Positions 24,559-37,797 of a stretch of DNA of 64,000 nucleotides are shown piece by piece. The position numbers were made by a program, and so were the translations under genes. A model generated the notes under the pieces. It saw nothing but the letters and a program-made list of their open reading frames with translations. It did not search any database and was not told the DNA's origin. This DNA is from Moniliella sp. 'wahieum' (lineage: Eukaryota), in assembly GCA_003971905.1 (NCBI GenBank), contig RSEE01000072.1, positions 62,001 through 126,000 of the forward strand, read 5' to 3'. How positions within the stretch are numbered: the first letter of the stretch is position 1; each line of letters starts with the position of its first letter.

Positions 24559-27518
24559 ATGCGACCCCGCACCAGCCGCCGATAGCCACACCAGCACCGA
24601 AGCATCCTCCACGCCCCCATCACCTCATCACCCATCACGCCCATCACGCCCATCACGCCCATCACCCCCATCACGCCGCTGCCACGCGCCTCGGCCCTGC
24701 CCACACCCGCCGCCAGCAGCTTCGTGGCCAGCGCCCCGTCTTCGTCTTCGTCTCCATCGTCCTCTGCCTCGTCGCCGTCGTCCTCGCCGTCGCCGTCGCC
24801 GTCGCCACCCACCCACACCCCCCCGCTGGCCGCCATGCGCCCGCCAGCGCCCCGCCCTGCCTCGCCCCCCTTTGGCCTCCTCCCGCCCCACCGCCCCGCG
24901 CTCGTCCTGCCCTCCTACCCCGGCGACTGCCTCGCCCCCTGGCTCGCCTCCGAGAGCGCCGCCTTGGCCGATGCCCTCGCCCTCGCCCCCGACCCCGCCG
25001 CCGCCGCCAACGGCTGGCGTGGCCGCCTCCCCGGCGCCTACTTCCTGCCCCCCGGCCACGGCGGCCACCCCTTCTCCATCGGCTTCAACTTCCTCCTCCC
25101 GCCGCCCTACCGCGTCGTGATGCTCATCGGCGCCACCCTCCTCTTGTTTGCCGCCACGCTTGCCGTGCTCCATGCCCTCGGCATGGACCTCGCCCGCCTG
25201 CCCCTACGGCGCCTCGGCCTACGCTGCCGCCCACGCGCGTCGCCGTGAACGTGCGCCCCATGCCGCCCACTCTGTCGACCTTGCCCTCCAGCACTTTGCC
25301 CGCCCCAGCGGCGCTGATCCCGACCTCGATGACGGCGAGGACGATGTGCAGGCGCATCCGCTCAAGCGCAATCCTTCCTCCACCTCGTCTGGCGAGCGGG
25401 CGGAAACAGCGCTGGTGCTCGGCGTGCTGTACTTGGGCCTGGCCACGCTCTCGTGGGTGCTGTTCCGCTACTGGGTCGACGGCCCGGCCCATGGCGATCC
25501 GATCGGGCGGCATGCACAGCTGTACCAGGGCGTGGTGCCGGTGCTGGCGCTCGGCTTGCTGCTCTGGCCCGGCCAGCAGCTGGGCAAGCGGGCGCGGTAC
25601 GCCTACCTCCCTCCGCGCATGTGGGCGGATTGCGTGGCCGTCGCTGCGGCAGCGGATCGCGTTCGACGACCCTCCTCCTCGCCGACACGCTCACCTCGGT
25701 GGGCAAGGTGTTTGGCGACGTGTGGCTCGGCCTGTGCTTCCTCCTGCCGCGCAACGAACACCATACCTGGTACACTGGCCACGGCTCCTGGGCCATCCCC
25801 TGGGTTCACTCGTTGCCCTACCTCATCCGCCTCCGCCAGTGCCTCAGCGAGTACTACACCTCGGCGCCCTCGGTCCCCTGCGGCCCGCCCGACGCGCCCA
25901 CCAAGCGCCGATCGCGCAAGCCCTTGGCCAATGCGCTCAAGTACGCGTCCTCCCTCCCGGTCATCTGGCTCAGCGCGCTCCACGAGCACGCTAACGATTA
26001 CTCCTTCCTCGACATTGACGCCCGCGTCCGTCCGCCCGCGACGTACATGCATGGCGTGCGCCACTACGCCTCCCTCATCCACCAGCTCTGGTACGTCGTC
26101 GTCCCAGCAACACTCTGTCCGCTCTCTGTTGTTGTTTTTGTTTGTTTGCGTTTTTCTTCTTCTGACCCGCTGATCCGTGCCCCCCCCCCCCCCCCCCCCC
26201 TAACCCCCCACCAGGCTGCTGGCCGTGCTGGTCAACTCGCTCTTCTCCTTTTGGTGGGACGTGAATAACGACTGGGGCCTCAACCTGCTCCGGCCACACG
26301 TCTGCGTCGCCGCGCTCCACGCACTCGCACTCACCATCTGGGCCTACGCGTACCACGCCCAAACCGTCTTTCTCCGCTGGCTTACCCACCTCCGACCGAC
26401 CGTGCACACCGCCACCCTCGCCCTCCAGTACCACGTCCCACGTGCTCTTGCCGCCCTCGACTCCTGGGCCCAACACGCCGCCCCCGCTTACACATTGGTC
26501 TCCCCGTCCGCCGCTTGGTGCACCGATCCTGGCGTGCCCTCTATACGCTCTGGACCCAGTGCCAGCCTTACCTCTGGCTACCGGCATCACCGCCACCCCA
26601 CCATGACCCAGACCAAACTCGCCCGCTCCTCCCTCAACATTCCCGCCGCCAACCGGGCACGTCACCACCGCCCTCCCCCTCGCCCCCGTCGCGCTCGCCC
26701 TCCGAACTCCTCTCCGTCGGCATTCACCATGGTGGGTCCCTTTCTGCCATGACGACCGGGTTGGGCTTGTCTGTCGCTCCTGCCACTACTACTACCGAAC
26801 AAGTGACCACCGATGCAGCCATGGATGCCGCTACAGCCCCCGAGACGCCACTCGTGCTACCGACCGCTGCGTCAGAGGAGGCACCAACCTCGGGCCTTTC
26901 CTTGCCCGACACCAAGACGGCAGACGTAGCCGAGAAGAGTGGTTTCCCACCTGCTTCTTCCACCGCAGCTGGGACGGTACCGGACAAGGAGTTGATGGGA
27001 AGGGATACCGACGTGCGTGGGTCGTGGGAAGCGGCCAACGAGGCTCCCGCTCCAACGACCAGCGAAGTAGGTGCTGACTTTTCCTCTTCTCACCTTCCTC
27101 CTCCTTCTCCTTCTTCTTCCCCCCCCACTGCGCACAACCAAGGAATGGACCTTGTCCCGCTCACTTTCCTCGCTTGGCGCTACGTATCCCCCCTGCTCCT
27201 GAGCCCGCTGCTCGCCCGCCACTCTTACGCGATGTGGGACGCGGTGTGGCACAACGGTTACCAGGGTGGGTGTACGTCGTGGCAGTGGGCATGGACTTGG
27301 TCTTACGGTTTACCTGGTCGATCAAAATGTCCTCGCATCTGCACCACCTACTAGCGTTCGAAGGTGGGATTGCCCTCCTCGAGTTGGCAGAACTCGTACG
27401 CCGGTTCGGGTGGATGGTCGTCCGTGTCGAATGGGAGTTTGCTCGCATGGAACGCGCTCGTACTCCTCGTATACTTACGGGTACAGGCACGGGGTTGATG
27501 CCCCCACGTGCAGTTTGA
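24559..27518 (+). CDS. ERD1: EXS-domain membrane protein (ERD1-like); start uncertain (24559-24835)
   Basis: LLPPPYRVVML, LLADTLTSVGKVFGD, LPYLIRLRQCL, LANALKYASSLPVI, NSLFSFWWDVNNDWGL, DLVLRFTWSIK, LELAELVRRFGWMVVRVEWE; intron ~26091-26214. Confidence 0.85.
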
Positions 27519-28327
27519 GTCAGTGCGCGAGGGACGGGGGGGGCCGAGGGGATGCACATCCACATCCACATCCACATCCACATGCTCTCTATGGTTTTAC
27601 TCATGTGCTTTCCGGTGCACCTTGGGTATAAGCTCGTACGGGATGTTGTTGGATGTTGGATGCCCGGAAACGTTTGGTTTTAGATTTCCCCCCGCCGTGC
27701 TCCATCGCCTCAACGCCCCCCCCCCCCCACCCCTCACTCCGTGCCTCCTCTTCCTCCCCCCCAGCTAGCCCTTCCTCCACCCCGTATCTACGCTGCTTTG
27801 GTCTACCAAGCCAGTGTCGCACGGGGAAGGGAGGGTCCAAAAACGAATGAGATGCGACGCTCTACAGTTACGGTACATACGGTATACATACTGTACCCTT
27901 TCCGCCAAAAAGGCGGATAGAGAGGTCCATGAATGAGTTGAGTAATGAATAGAAGTGGGCACAGTAGTGGAAACCCCGGCGGTACCGGTTCCAAAACAGT
28001 AACGGGTAACCCTTACTGCTTCTGGACCCTGTGGCACAGCTGGAACCCCAGCGCCCAACAAAGGTCCCACAGGTGCCAAAGTATAGAGAAGAGAACGTAG
28101 GTAAGCTGTCTGACATACCACCCGGGGTGCCGTTACGTTGAAGTCCTGGGGCCTGCCCAGGGCGGGTGGGGTTAGGGGGGGGGGGGGGGGGTGGGGGGGG
28201 GTGGTGGGAAGCGCCAGCCCCCCAAAAAAAGATAGGCAGAAGGAAAAAGAAAGTAGGAAACAGATAGGGATGGAAGGGGATAACGCGCGAAATGCGACCG
28301 TAAGAACGGTGTGGCGACGAAAGAGAT

Positions 28328-29607
28328 TAAAAGTCGGCATCGTCATACTCGGGGACGGGATCGTCGACAAATCGTCAATCGGCACTGTGGGAACAAACTT
28401 GTCGTCAAGCTCAACCGGGCGAGCCGAGGCGTTGAAGGCAGACGCAGTGTCCAGCGTGTCCAACCCTTGTCCCGTCCTTGGCACTGCGCGTCACAGTCGG
28501 TCGTGTCCGTCACATTGTCCCAGTTCTCCCCGTCGTTCGGGTCGGGCTGGGCAGACGAGCAATAAGCGCCTCGTGCCGACGAAGTACACGCGAAGAAGAG
28601 CTGGCAGGGTCGAGCGAACGTTTGGAAGCAGACATGTACCGGTAGTACTTGCCCGCGAACGCAACTGGCCCGACTGGAAAAACGCTGCGTTTTGCGCCGA
28701 ACCAAAGCTGTCGGGAGGAGTGGCCCACATGCCAAAGGGAACGCACGCTTAACGTACCCCGTCGACATGAAAAATTCCGTCGCTTCAACCATGAACTTCT
28801 GGCTTGCGCCGCCGATGGACCAGAGGCGGCCGTAACACCGTACTCGGTGATCCAGATGTCCTTATCAGGAAGCGCTGGTGATGCCATGGACGTACTTCTT
28901 CAGCTTCTTGATCGACTTCCAACTTCCGTAGTCTGATCGATGGGGGTAAAAGTTAGCACGCGAAAAATGCCAGGGCAAATGAGAAAAGACGGAAAGGAAG
29001 AAGAAGAGAAGAAGAAGCAAACGTACAGTGGGCGCAACAATCGAAGTGCCCACCACGGTTGTGGAGGGACTGGGTGAACTGTTCGAGCCAGTTCACGTTC
29101 CAGCAGATTGCTGGGGAAGAGATCCGGGTACCGTATTTGCGCAGCGGCGCAAGTTCACGCTGGAACGCCGCCGCCGCATCCTGAGGCGAGTAGTTGGACT
29201 GGGACTCGACATCGGGCTCATTGTAGGCCAACAGGTAAGGGTAACGGTACTTGGGAAGAGGCTGCGCAAACGCGGCCAGTCCTTGTTCTTCTTGTACCCC
29301 AAACGTGTGGGCACGAATTGCAGTCCAGAGCGGAGAGTTGCGGGACATGGCCCATCTGTTTTTTTTTTTCAAGTGAAATGTGGATTGGAAAGTTAATAGG
29401 GGTTTAGGGGGGTTAGGGGAGGTGAGGGGCGACGGGTGGATAGGGGAGTAGACCTACCTCCCAATGGTGGTAGCTATTGACAGAGGGAGCGCCAACAAGC
29501 TGGTGAGCCCATTGGTTGTCCGCCGCCCAGGCCAGGCCGAGGTGGAAGGCGGCGGCGGACTGGGCCAGGACGAGGAGAGTGGCGAGAGAAAAGAGAGTGA
29601 GCTTCAT
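28328..29607 (-). CDS. Secreted glycoside hydrolase family 128 (Asl1-like beta-1,3-glucanase)
   Basis: Signal peptide MKLTLFSLATLLVLAQSAAA, GLAW, catalytic YNEPD and IWITEYG, ISSPA; two introns; frameshifts; 3' end approximate. Confidence 0.85.
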
Positions 29608-30951
29608 GGGAACGAGTGAGCGCGGCTTGGGGGACGAGCGGCAGTGGATGGGAAGGGGCGTCAACCAGGACGCGGTGAGCAGGTGGAGGGGTCAGGGAGG
29701 GGGAGGGCAACTCGCAGAGCTGGTGGTGGGGATGGGGATGGAGACGGTGTCAAGGATCATCGGTCATGGGGGTGCGGTGCCCTTGGGCGATGGACGATGG
29801 CCAAGGAGGCCAAGGCGTTTCGGCTCAGTCTCAGCGCCGAGGCACGACGCGTGACGCAGACGCAGCTGCAGGAACACGGAGGCAACACTGGCCCCATGCG
29901 GGGCGTGGGCGGCGATCAATGCAAATGCAGGACCATTCATGCATGCACATGGCGCTCCCCCAGGCAACGTGCACCGCACCCGGCCAGTGCCTCCGCACCT
30001 TACACCGCCGCCGTGCGGGCGCAGGCAGGCAGGTGGACGCTGGGCGCGGTGGCAGCGCTCTGGAGCCCACCGCGCCCTAACGCCGAGTACGTCAAGCTAA
30101 GCGCTAAAGCGTAACGCCGCCGCCGGCTGGCCGGTGGAGCAGCGCCACAGCGCAGCCCGGGGGCAGTGTTCTGCGCGCGCTGTGGGGTGGCGCTCGGCCC
30201 TCAGGCCCGACGCGTGACGCCTGAGCGCTGCGGAGCTGCCCCAGCGACTGCCGCCGTGCCTGTTGGGCATCATCGATCATCATACTCCCCTCTAGCAGAA
30301 CTGCCATCGACCCTCGACCACCCAGAATATAAATCCCCGGCTTCCCCCCACCGCTCTTCAATCTCATCAAGGAGCCGTAGCGAAGCCCAGCGTTTGCCTG
30401 CCCCCCCTCCCCAAGCAGCCGTAGTAGCCCCCATCGCATCGCCATAACGCGCAACGCGTAAAGGCGGATTGGCAGAACGCGCTGAACCCACAGGTTTGTT
30501 CTAGATCGTGTTTCCCCTTTCGTATAATATGCTCTCAAATCTCAGATCTCTCAGAACTCAAATATCTCTCTTGTCCGTGGGACTAGTGACTAATGACTCA
30601 GCTTGTTTGGTCGATGCTGTTGGACGGAGTGCTAGGGTTCCCCTGTGCGCGGCCCTCCTCAGCTGGTAGGTGATGCTTGCCTAGCCGGGAGGAAGAGTTC
30701 CGATGACAGGTTGCGCACTGCTGCGCACCCTCTGCTCGCGCCATCACCGGTCACCCTCCTCTCTCTCCTGTCATGTGCACGTCATGGGCGGGCGCCGCCA
30801 GGGGGCCCGCCGTGGGGGGGTTAAGAGGTACAATCCCTAGGAGGTCCTAAAGTCGACTCACGGTAGTTAACCGCTTGGGCCGGTTGGTGGTTTCGGAGCT
30901 AGGGACAAGGAGAGGCCTCTCGGCGTACAGCAGAGGCGACTGCGCACTGAG

Positions 30952-31403
30952 TGTGGCAACAAGGCTGCGTAGCACCGGCTAGTTGGGCGGCAGTAACGTG
31001 GCTGAAGTCTTCGGGCTCAGGTACTGGGAAGAGGCAGCGGAGGACCTACGTCGTTGGACTGAGGCTGAGCTGGGACTGGACTAAGACTGGGGGCGCCGTG
31101 ACTGTAGCCAGGATCACACACGGCTGAATGTGGGCTGGACTTGGGCTGGGGCAACTGAGAGCTGACGACCGAGGTTGGAGAAGCAACGAAGAGGAGGAGT
31201 GGCCTATACTCGATTGATCAATTGGCGAGGAGAGGAGGAGCGACGCCAATGGACCGTGGGGGAAAGCCACGAACCAGTGTTACAGACAGGGATTAAAAGG
31301 AAAACAAGGCAACAGCAGAAGAACAGGGAACAGGGGAAAACATTGGAGACGGCTGCCGCACGGGCAGCTTAGAAGGAAAAGGCAAACAGGCATGGGGCGA
31401 CTA
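30952..31403 (+). repeat. Repeat family A, copy 4 (apparently full length)
   Basis: Begins TGTGGCAACAAGGCTGCGTAGCACCGG and ends GGCAAACAGGCATGGGGCGACTA, comparable with GGTAAACAGGCAGGGGGTGACTA at 5805-5827. Confidence 0.7.
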
Positions 31404-32399
31404 GCATCGCAAAACAATGCAAAAGCAGGGAACCACGTCCCTTATCAGATAAAGCAGACGGGCCTTAGCTTGAAGATCGAATCAGATCGCATCTGACCCC
31501 TGACCAACCTGGGACGGGGTTAGGAAGGCAAAGGGAGCACATAATAGGCGCCGCCGGGCAGCCCGGTTTCGCCCGTGACATATCTCCTGTCTGTTTTCCC
31601 TTCAGACGTTGCTTGAAGATCATCCCCGGAGAGGGACCCACCAGCATTCTTTACGAAGCGAATGTCGGTGGGTCCTCTAACTCCCCTAGGGTTGGCTCAC
31701 AGCCTTGAGAGCCATGAGTATGAAGTCTTTCGACTCAGTCGGGGATCACGGTAACGCTTCGACGGTTTAAACGAGCGAGCACCGATGGGTGGGCCACGCC
31801 GACTCGCAGACATACCCCCCACGTTTCCCTTTCCTGCCGGATAGCGTTTAGGGGATTGGCTGATTCGTCTTGTTGTGTGAATTAATTGCATGGTGCACTG
31901 CCATGACAGGCGACCAGTGCCGCCGCAGCAGCAGTGTTTTTATCTTTTCCCTTCGTATGAATATTGGGAGCATAGCTCTTGTGGAAGCTATGCAGTGAAT
32001 ACTATGACTTTACCACTTCCATCTCCAGGTAGCTGCACAATACGTCTGAATGGCGAAACGCTTAAACAACTTGTACTATATGTACGCGTTGTGCCTAATT
32101 AATTTAAAAGGCCGAGTCCCTTCGGGTCGGCTATACAGCTGTGGATGAGCGGCGTGTTGCTTTTACAGTTCCCTCTTTTTTGTTTCACTAGATCCATTTG
32201 TTTCTGAGGGCCAGGGCTCTGAGTTGACCTTCGGGGTCTCAGTGGTTTATATTCCAACTGGCGAAGCTCTCCACTAATCCCTCAGCGTGCCGCGATGGTC
32301 TCTGCAAAGTACTAGAGCCTGCTCCTTCATTTCGTTCCTATCCCTTCGCTTAATAGTACTAGTCGCCATCGATTTCCTATAGGAGCAGTTGACCTATGT

Positions 32400-35300
32400 A
32401 CTCCCCAAGTCATATCGCCTATTTTTATTAACATGGGTTACATTCGCAACAAAATTAAACGTATATGGGCTTTCGGTATCACCCCCGACATGACATTGGA
32501 TTCGGTCTAATGCTTCACGTCTTCAGTGGTGTCTGCCCACAAACCAAGCACATTAGTTCCTGTTCTTTCATCACTGCGCACTGAGGGACCTCCCGCCAAG
32601 GCCCACTTTTTATTTCGGTGGTATGTGATAACGCCATGAGGTGATACCCGAACACATCCAGTGGCAAATCGACATAAATGGAGATAAAGAAACTACGAAG
32701 AAGGTGGCAAACCCAAGTTCTCAACACTTGAGAACGCAACATGAAAGTGACATATGCACCACACAGAAGTTTTCAATTAACCCTTATAGTATGGAGATGC
32801 TGGATCTGACCATGACGACCAAAACCTTGACATCACCTACAATACGGGCGCGTGGGTATTTGAATACAGTGTGAGGGGTGGACAGCACACACATTACAAT
32901 CGGTATCATTTAAGGCTGGTTGATGTCCCCACCTCGTCCAGACAAGCTTGATTTCTATACTATTCCATTGATAATTACCCTGTTGTATCCTCCATCAGAG
33001 CTTCGGCTTATGACAAAAACGTGCTTTGTCCAACCTGATCTTTCAAATGTGCTTGCTGGATTACGCAAAACGAGCATATAATCGGTGAACCCGCCCGGAG
33101 TCGAGAACCTATGCCCCCCATCGTTCGCTTGTGCCGGCGAATAGGATCCTATGCGTGTAATTTGCATGTAGACCAGTTATCCACATTTCAGAAAATGTAT
33201 CTATTCATGCTTGCAATACCAAATCATCTCGTCGGCCGACGCGGTAGTTTCCTCGCATGGTGATGACGAAGGAGAAGAACACCTTAACATGCACCTCGAC
33301 AATTTGGCGACAGCTTCGAATTTTCTGAAGCAAGTCCTACGGCTAGCTACATTCATCAGTGATCTTGCGTTGCTCGGGGGTTGCTGGGTAGAATGAAAAT
33401 GGAGTTCGCGGTGCAAAGCCTTACAATCGCTGAATGAGAACATAATTCATCGAATCAGCCGGTATGGTGAGCCGGGCAGAGTCCTGTTCCGAACTGGGGA
33501 AGGCGTAATGCACAACTTACGTGAAGCTGGAATCGCACCGTAAGGGGGCTACTGTCTACACTATTGTCAAGGGGAATTAATGCGACACCTCGTCGTGATC
33601 TTAATTGTTGCGCGCCGGGAGTTCACAGATTTTTTCTGCTCCGTACAACATCGTAGGTGGGTCTCTAGGAATGAGGTTGAAGGCTTTGCAGTGCAGGCTG
33701 GATGGAATGACACGCAATCATCAATCGGTCAATCTATCAATCACTTAATCATTTCGAGCTTAGATCCAACTCGTTCTTAAACTAAGGTCGATTCGGTTTA
33801 TAATGCCTCGAGTCCAGGTGCGATCCATAAAAAGGGGGAACCAAATACTGTGCGAAACGTATATAGTTCCGTCGTAATAAAAGTGAAAAAGTGGCCGCAA
33901 CTCAAAGTTCGAAAGTAGGGCGTGGATGTTCCTTCCATGCTGGCAACATGATCGACAACGGATGGAGATGCAGATGTCTTTTCTCGTTGAAGAGATCTAA
34001 CATCGTGACGGTTCTCGATGTGTATGACACTCGTGACCCGGACTAGAAGCACAGGTAGACACTCAAAATCTTCGTTACAGAGTGTATAAGCCATTTTCGC
34101 AAGATTTGTGGTTCTCATGGGCTGTACTATATGTATATGGCCTGTCGACTCCAAGTGGACTAGTTCCTTCAGTAGCGATTTTGATTTGCCTGTTAGAACA
34201 GGAATCGCAACATATAGTGTGAGTGGGGAAAAATGGATATCCTGTGTAGTCCTATCAAGTCAATTGGTCATTGCCTTCTAATACCCCGCGCGGTGAAGTT
34301 GCTGCTCATATGCCCGAGCCTATGTTCTTATCCTCAGGCATGGGTTGTGGTCCCTAAGTGCGTGCACGGCATGCCATGAAATTGTTCACGTGAGATTCAA
34401 CGCACTTAACAGTTCATGTCAAATAATTTACCGTCACAAGCTGCACGCTGTTCCAACCAGACGATCGGCGCCGTGTCATGTCATAAGTGTCCAGCTTACC
34501 CCTGAAGTGAAGATGACTACTAGACATACTCCCGGTATTGTTTTGACCAGACTTACTCTCAGTATTGTCTTCAAAAAACACGCAATGAGAAATATTTATC
34601 TCAATGTTTGAGATGGCACATCCGGGTTTAGGACTGATTACCCGGTATCATATCCATCAAGTGGTCGGCTGCAGCCATAAATATTTTGCAAGAATGTCCG
34701 CAATTGGTCTGGATGAGCGCGGCACGCCTCTTCCCCGCGGTAGCGAGCATGTGAGCGAGCAATTCACGGTTCCACGACAGGATGACCAAGTATTGTACAG
34801 CTAACTGGAGATGGAAGGTGGTGAAATCATACTATTCACTATATACGACCCAATAGCTTTTCTCACAGACTAGGAGCAAGGAGCAAAATAACCGCATAGT
34901 TGGCGTGTGCAACTGTTGGTCACATGTTACCAGTGCACTGGCACTACGCAATTCGTCCGCATAATGAGGGAGCGTCAACTACGGATCAGTACGAAGCCTT
35001 CGCAAAAACAAGCTTTTGGCCACATTCACCGTGAGGGTGAGCGCCCCCAGAATATGGTTGACAACTTGTGAAGTTTAACGTCCTTTACAAACTTCTCGGT
35101 CACCCCGTCTGGCTCGCTTGACCATTGACCCGACCGCCGCGCATGACAGACATGTCGATTTTTGGTGATCGACATCGCCTGAAGCTATGACACCTGAGCG
35201 TAAATCGCCTTCAGTCTGGATGTGTCCGCCAGTCACAGAGTTATTCGTCTTAATGCCACCAGCACAGTAGCACATAGCAGCGTCGTATACGCACCTCCGA

Positions 35301-36200
35301 CAGTCGGCCACGCCATTCCCATGTCATATGTGGACATTCATGCGCATAGTAATTGAAGCATCTCGTTGGTTGTCGCCCTTGATTATCCGCAACATGGATC
35401 GATCCCTCTGTGGTAGCATCCCACGTATGGATCAGGACCTCGTCGTGATACTTCCTGCAAGTTCGAAAAGACATTAACATATACTGCTCTTCCCGAGGAA
35501 TCACGAGACAACTTGACAAGCAACTAAATTCACGCCAGCTGTTTCATCAGCTGCGTGTACAACGGGAGGAGAGACTTTTGGCTGTTTCTGATGCATCCAG
35601 GAATGGATTTTGCTGGTCTGTGAATGTTTGTCCACAGCAGCAGGCTGTTCAGAGAGCTTGGCCCATTGGATACATTGTCTGCAAAACGTTCGGGTCCACC
35701 CCGTCCGCTGGAGACGGACCACAGATCTTGGCCACAGGCCTTAGCTCGGAGGTGGTTGACGCCCTTCCTTTGTCTTCCCCCGTCTCCCACGTGTCTTTGC
35801 CGTATACCAGGATGGAAATCATTAAGCCAAGAATTGCTGCTGCCCAGCGGAGAGCAAGAAAATTTATGGCTGGAACAGTCGTCGCCAAAAGGCGCAACTT
35901 GGTCATGTCCACCTGGGCAAGAAGGAAGGGGCGGGTCACAGCGGATCACGAAAAGAGAACTCATTTATGTTTATGATATAAAATACCTTCAAAAATGTCA
36001 GAGAGTAATTTGCCGCGGGTGAGGCAATTCTGTCAGCGCGCTGCAGGTCAGTGACGTCGTCGATATCACTACCCTGAACGTCAGATATGTCCTCGATGTC
36101 ATCCCCCTGCAGGTCAGTTATGTCGCCGACGTCACCCCCCTGAACGTCAGAAACGTCATTGACGTGCCCATGGGCGACGTATCTGACGAATCTGATCCTC
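32400..36200 (-). mobile_element. Possible decayed Mutator-like (MULE) DNA transposon
   Basis: Lower GC than the flanking genes, with stop-riddled frames. Motif remnants in MULE order on the minus strand: Cys-rich YCAGG/LLCWWH ~35260, SWHAVHAL ~34370, MRTTNLA ~34110, C...WYCKH ~33210. Confidence 0.3.
36041..36170 (-). repeat. 33-bp tandem repeat x4 encoding acidic 11-aa units
   Basis: Units like CTGCAGGTCAGTGACGTCGTCGATATCACTACC; the minus strand reads DVSDVQGGDVG/DITDLQGDDIE/DISDVQGSDID/DVTDLQ. Confidence 0.8.
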
Positions 36201-36293
36201 CTATGCCACGGGCGCTGGTGAAAAATTAATATTTCGCTTAGATGACCACATCACCCAAAAATGAGTACATTTTTCCGAATATTACCTTAGGCA

Positions 36294-36523
36294 CTTTGGC
36301 CACATGAGGTTAAGCGCTTTGGCCCAAGAGGTCAAGCCTTTGGCCACATGAGATCAAGCGCTTTGGCCACATGAGATCAAGCGCTTTGACCACATGCGTT
36401 CAATGGCTTTGGCCACATGCGCTCAATGGCTTTGGCCACATGCGTTCAAGCGCTTTGGCCACATGCGCTCAATGGCTTTGGCCAATACGCTCAAGCCCTT
36501 AGCCAAATGTGCCCAAACGCTTA
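36294..36523. repeat. 23-bp minisatellite, about 10 copies
   Basis: Head-to-tail CTTTGGCCACATG(A/C)G(A/T/C)TCAA(GC/TG)G with no spacers. Confidence 0.9.
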
Positions 36524-37797
36524 GCTGTTGATTGGATGCGTGCTTGTAGGCTCTCCAACCGGCTGGCTGGCATCGATCTAGAACTACTAGATTTATAGGC
36601 AGGGTAGTATTTTTAGGTATAGAATGCATTCGAAGATCGTGGGAAGCGATGACACGGCAACCACGGTTAGGTGTGATGTCAGACGGAAGCACCACAACAT
36701 AGTATAGAGCAGCGAGCGGTACAGAAAGTGGCAGGTTAGTGTGAGGGGAGCGCGCACTAGGGAGACGCTGACCAAGTCAGCAGCAGCATAGGGTTAGCGA
36801 GAGACACAGAAGATGTGCGACGGACTCAGGGGTCAGGCGATCAAGACGGCCAGTAGCGAGGGCAAGCGGATGAAGTCAGAATGTACACTGGTAGGGCGAA
36901 CAAGGTTAGGAACAGAACAGCGCTGGCATATAACAGAGAAGGGACGTACGACGGCGAAAACAGGTCAGATGAGTCGAGGCGAACAGACGAGACGAACCAA
37001 CCGTGGATTCCGTGCACAGCAGCTGGGCAGACAGTGTCAATGGGGCAGCCTAATCCAAGCGCGAAGTACGGGGGACGTACGATGGCAAGGCAGACCAGCC
37101 AAGCGAGAGGACCACAGGCGAGGCAAAAAAAAGGAACCAGACGGACAAGGCCGAAGGTGAGCGAAACGGTGCATGCACGTCATGCATGCGACCCACAAGG
37201 TCAGAGAAGGTGGGGAATGCGGAGGAAGCGGGCACGTACGATGGCGCTGCGGATCAGGTGGAGAGGGCAAGATGGCCTGCTAGGGGGAGTCTGTGTACGG
37301 AGGTCAGCAGCAGAGCGCAGGCGGGCAAGAGAACAGTACGACAGAAGCAATTCAGACAGTGAGAGGGCGACGGGGCGAGAGGCAGAGGGGTCGTCCAACA
37401 GCGATACTGACGAGGCGAGGAGCGAGGAGGTAGCAGGAGAGGGAATGGAGACGTACGGCAGCAATGCAGACCAGGCGAGGAGAACCAAGCGATGGGGGGG
37501 GGAGGAGGAAGGCGGGCAGTAAGAAGGCAGGCAGCAACGATGGTGATGTTGATGTCCAGGGGAAGAAGATGGTGCTGTTGCGCCGTGGCACAGGCATCTG
37601 CGATGTTGGCTGCAGAGATGGGATACTGGTTGCTACGGGCGCAATGAGAGGGGCGGTGGTGAGAGACGACAGGATGCAACCACAGAGGAGCAGGAGTTTA
37701 AAAGAGGCGCGTGTGGCGCAGCCAATCTGTGCGCACAGGCCATCTGGGCTACGCCAGGGGCCTATAGGTAAGCTATTGTATCTGTCTAACGCCTCAA

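Noticed and set aside
24354..25994. 546-aa Pro/Arg-rich ORF as a separate gene
   Set aside because: Mostly an alternative GC-rich frame over the frameshifted ERD1-like CDS.
36294..36523. 23-bp repeat array as a CRISPR array
   Set aside because: Units are head-to-tail with no unique spacers, the context is eukaryotic and there are no cas genes.
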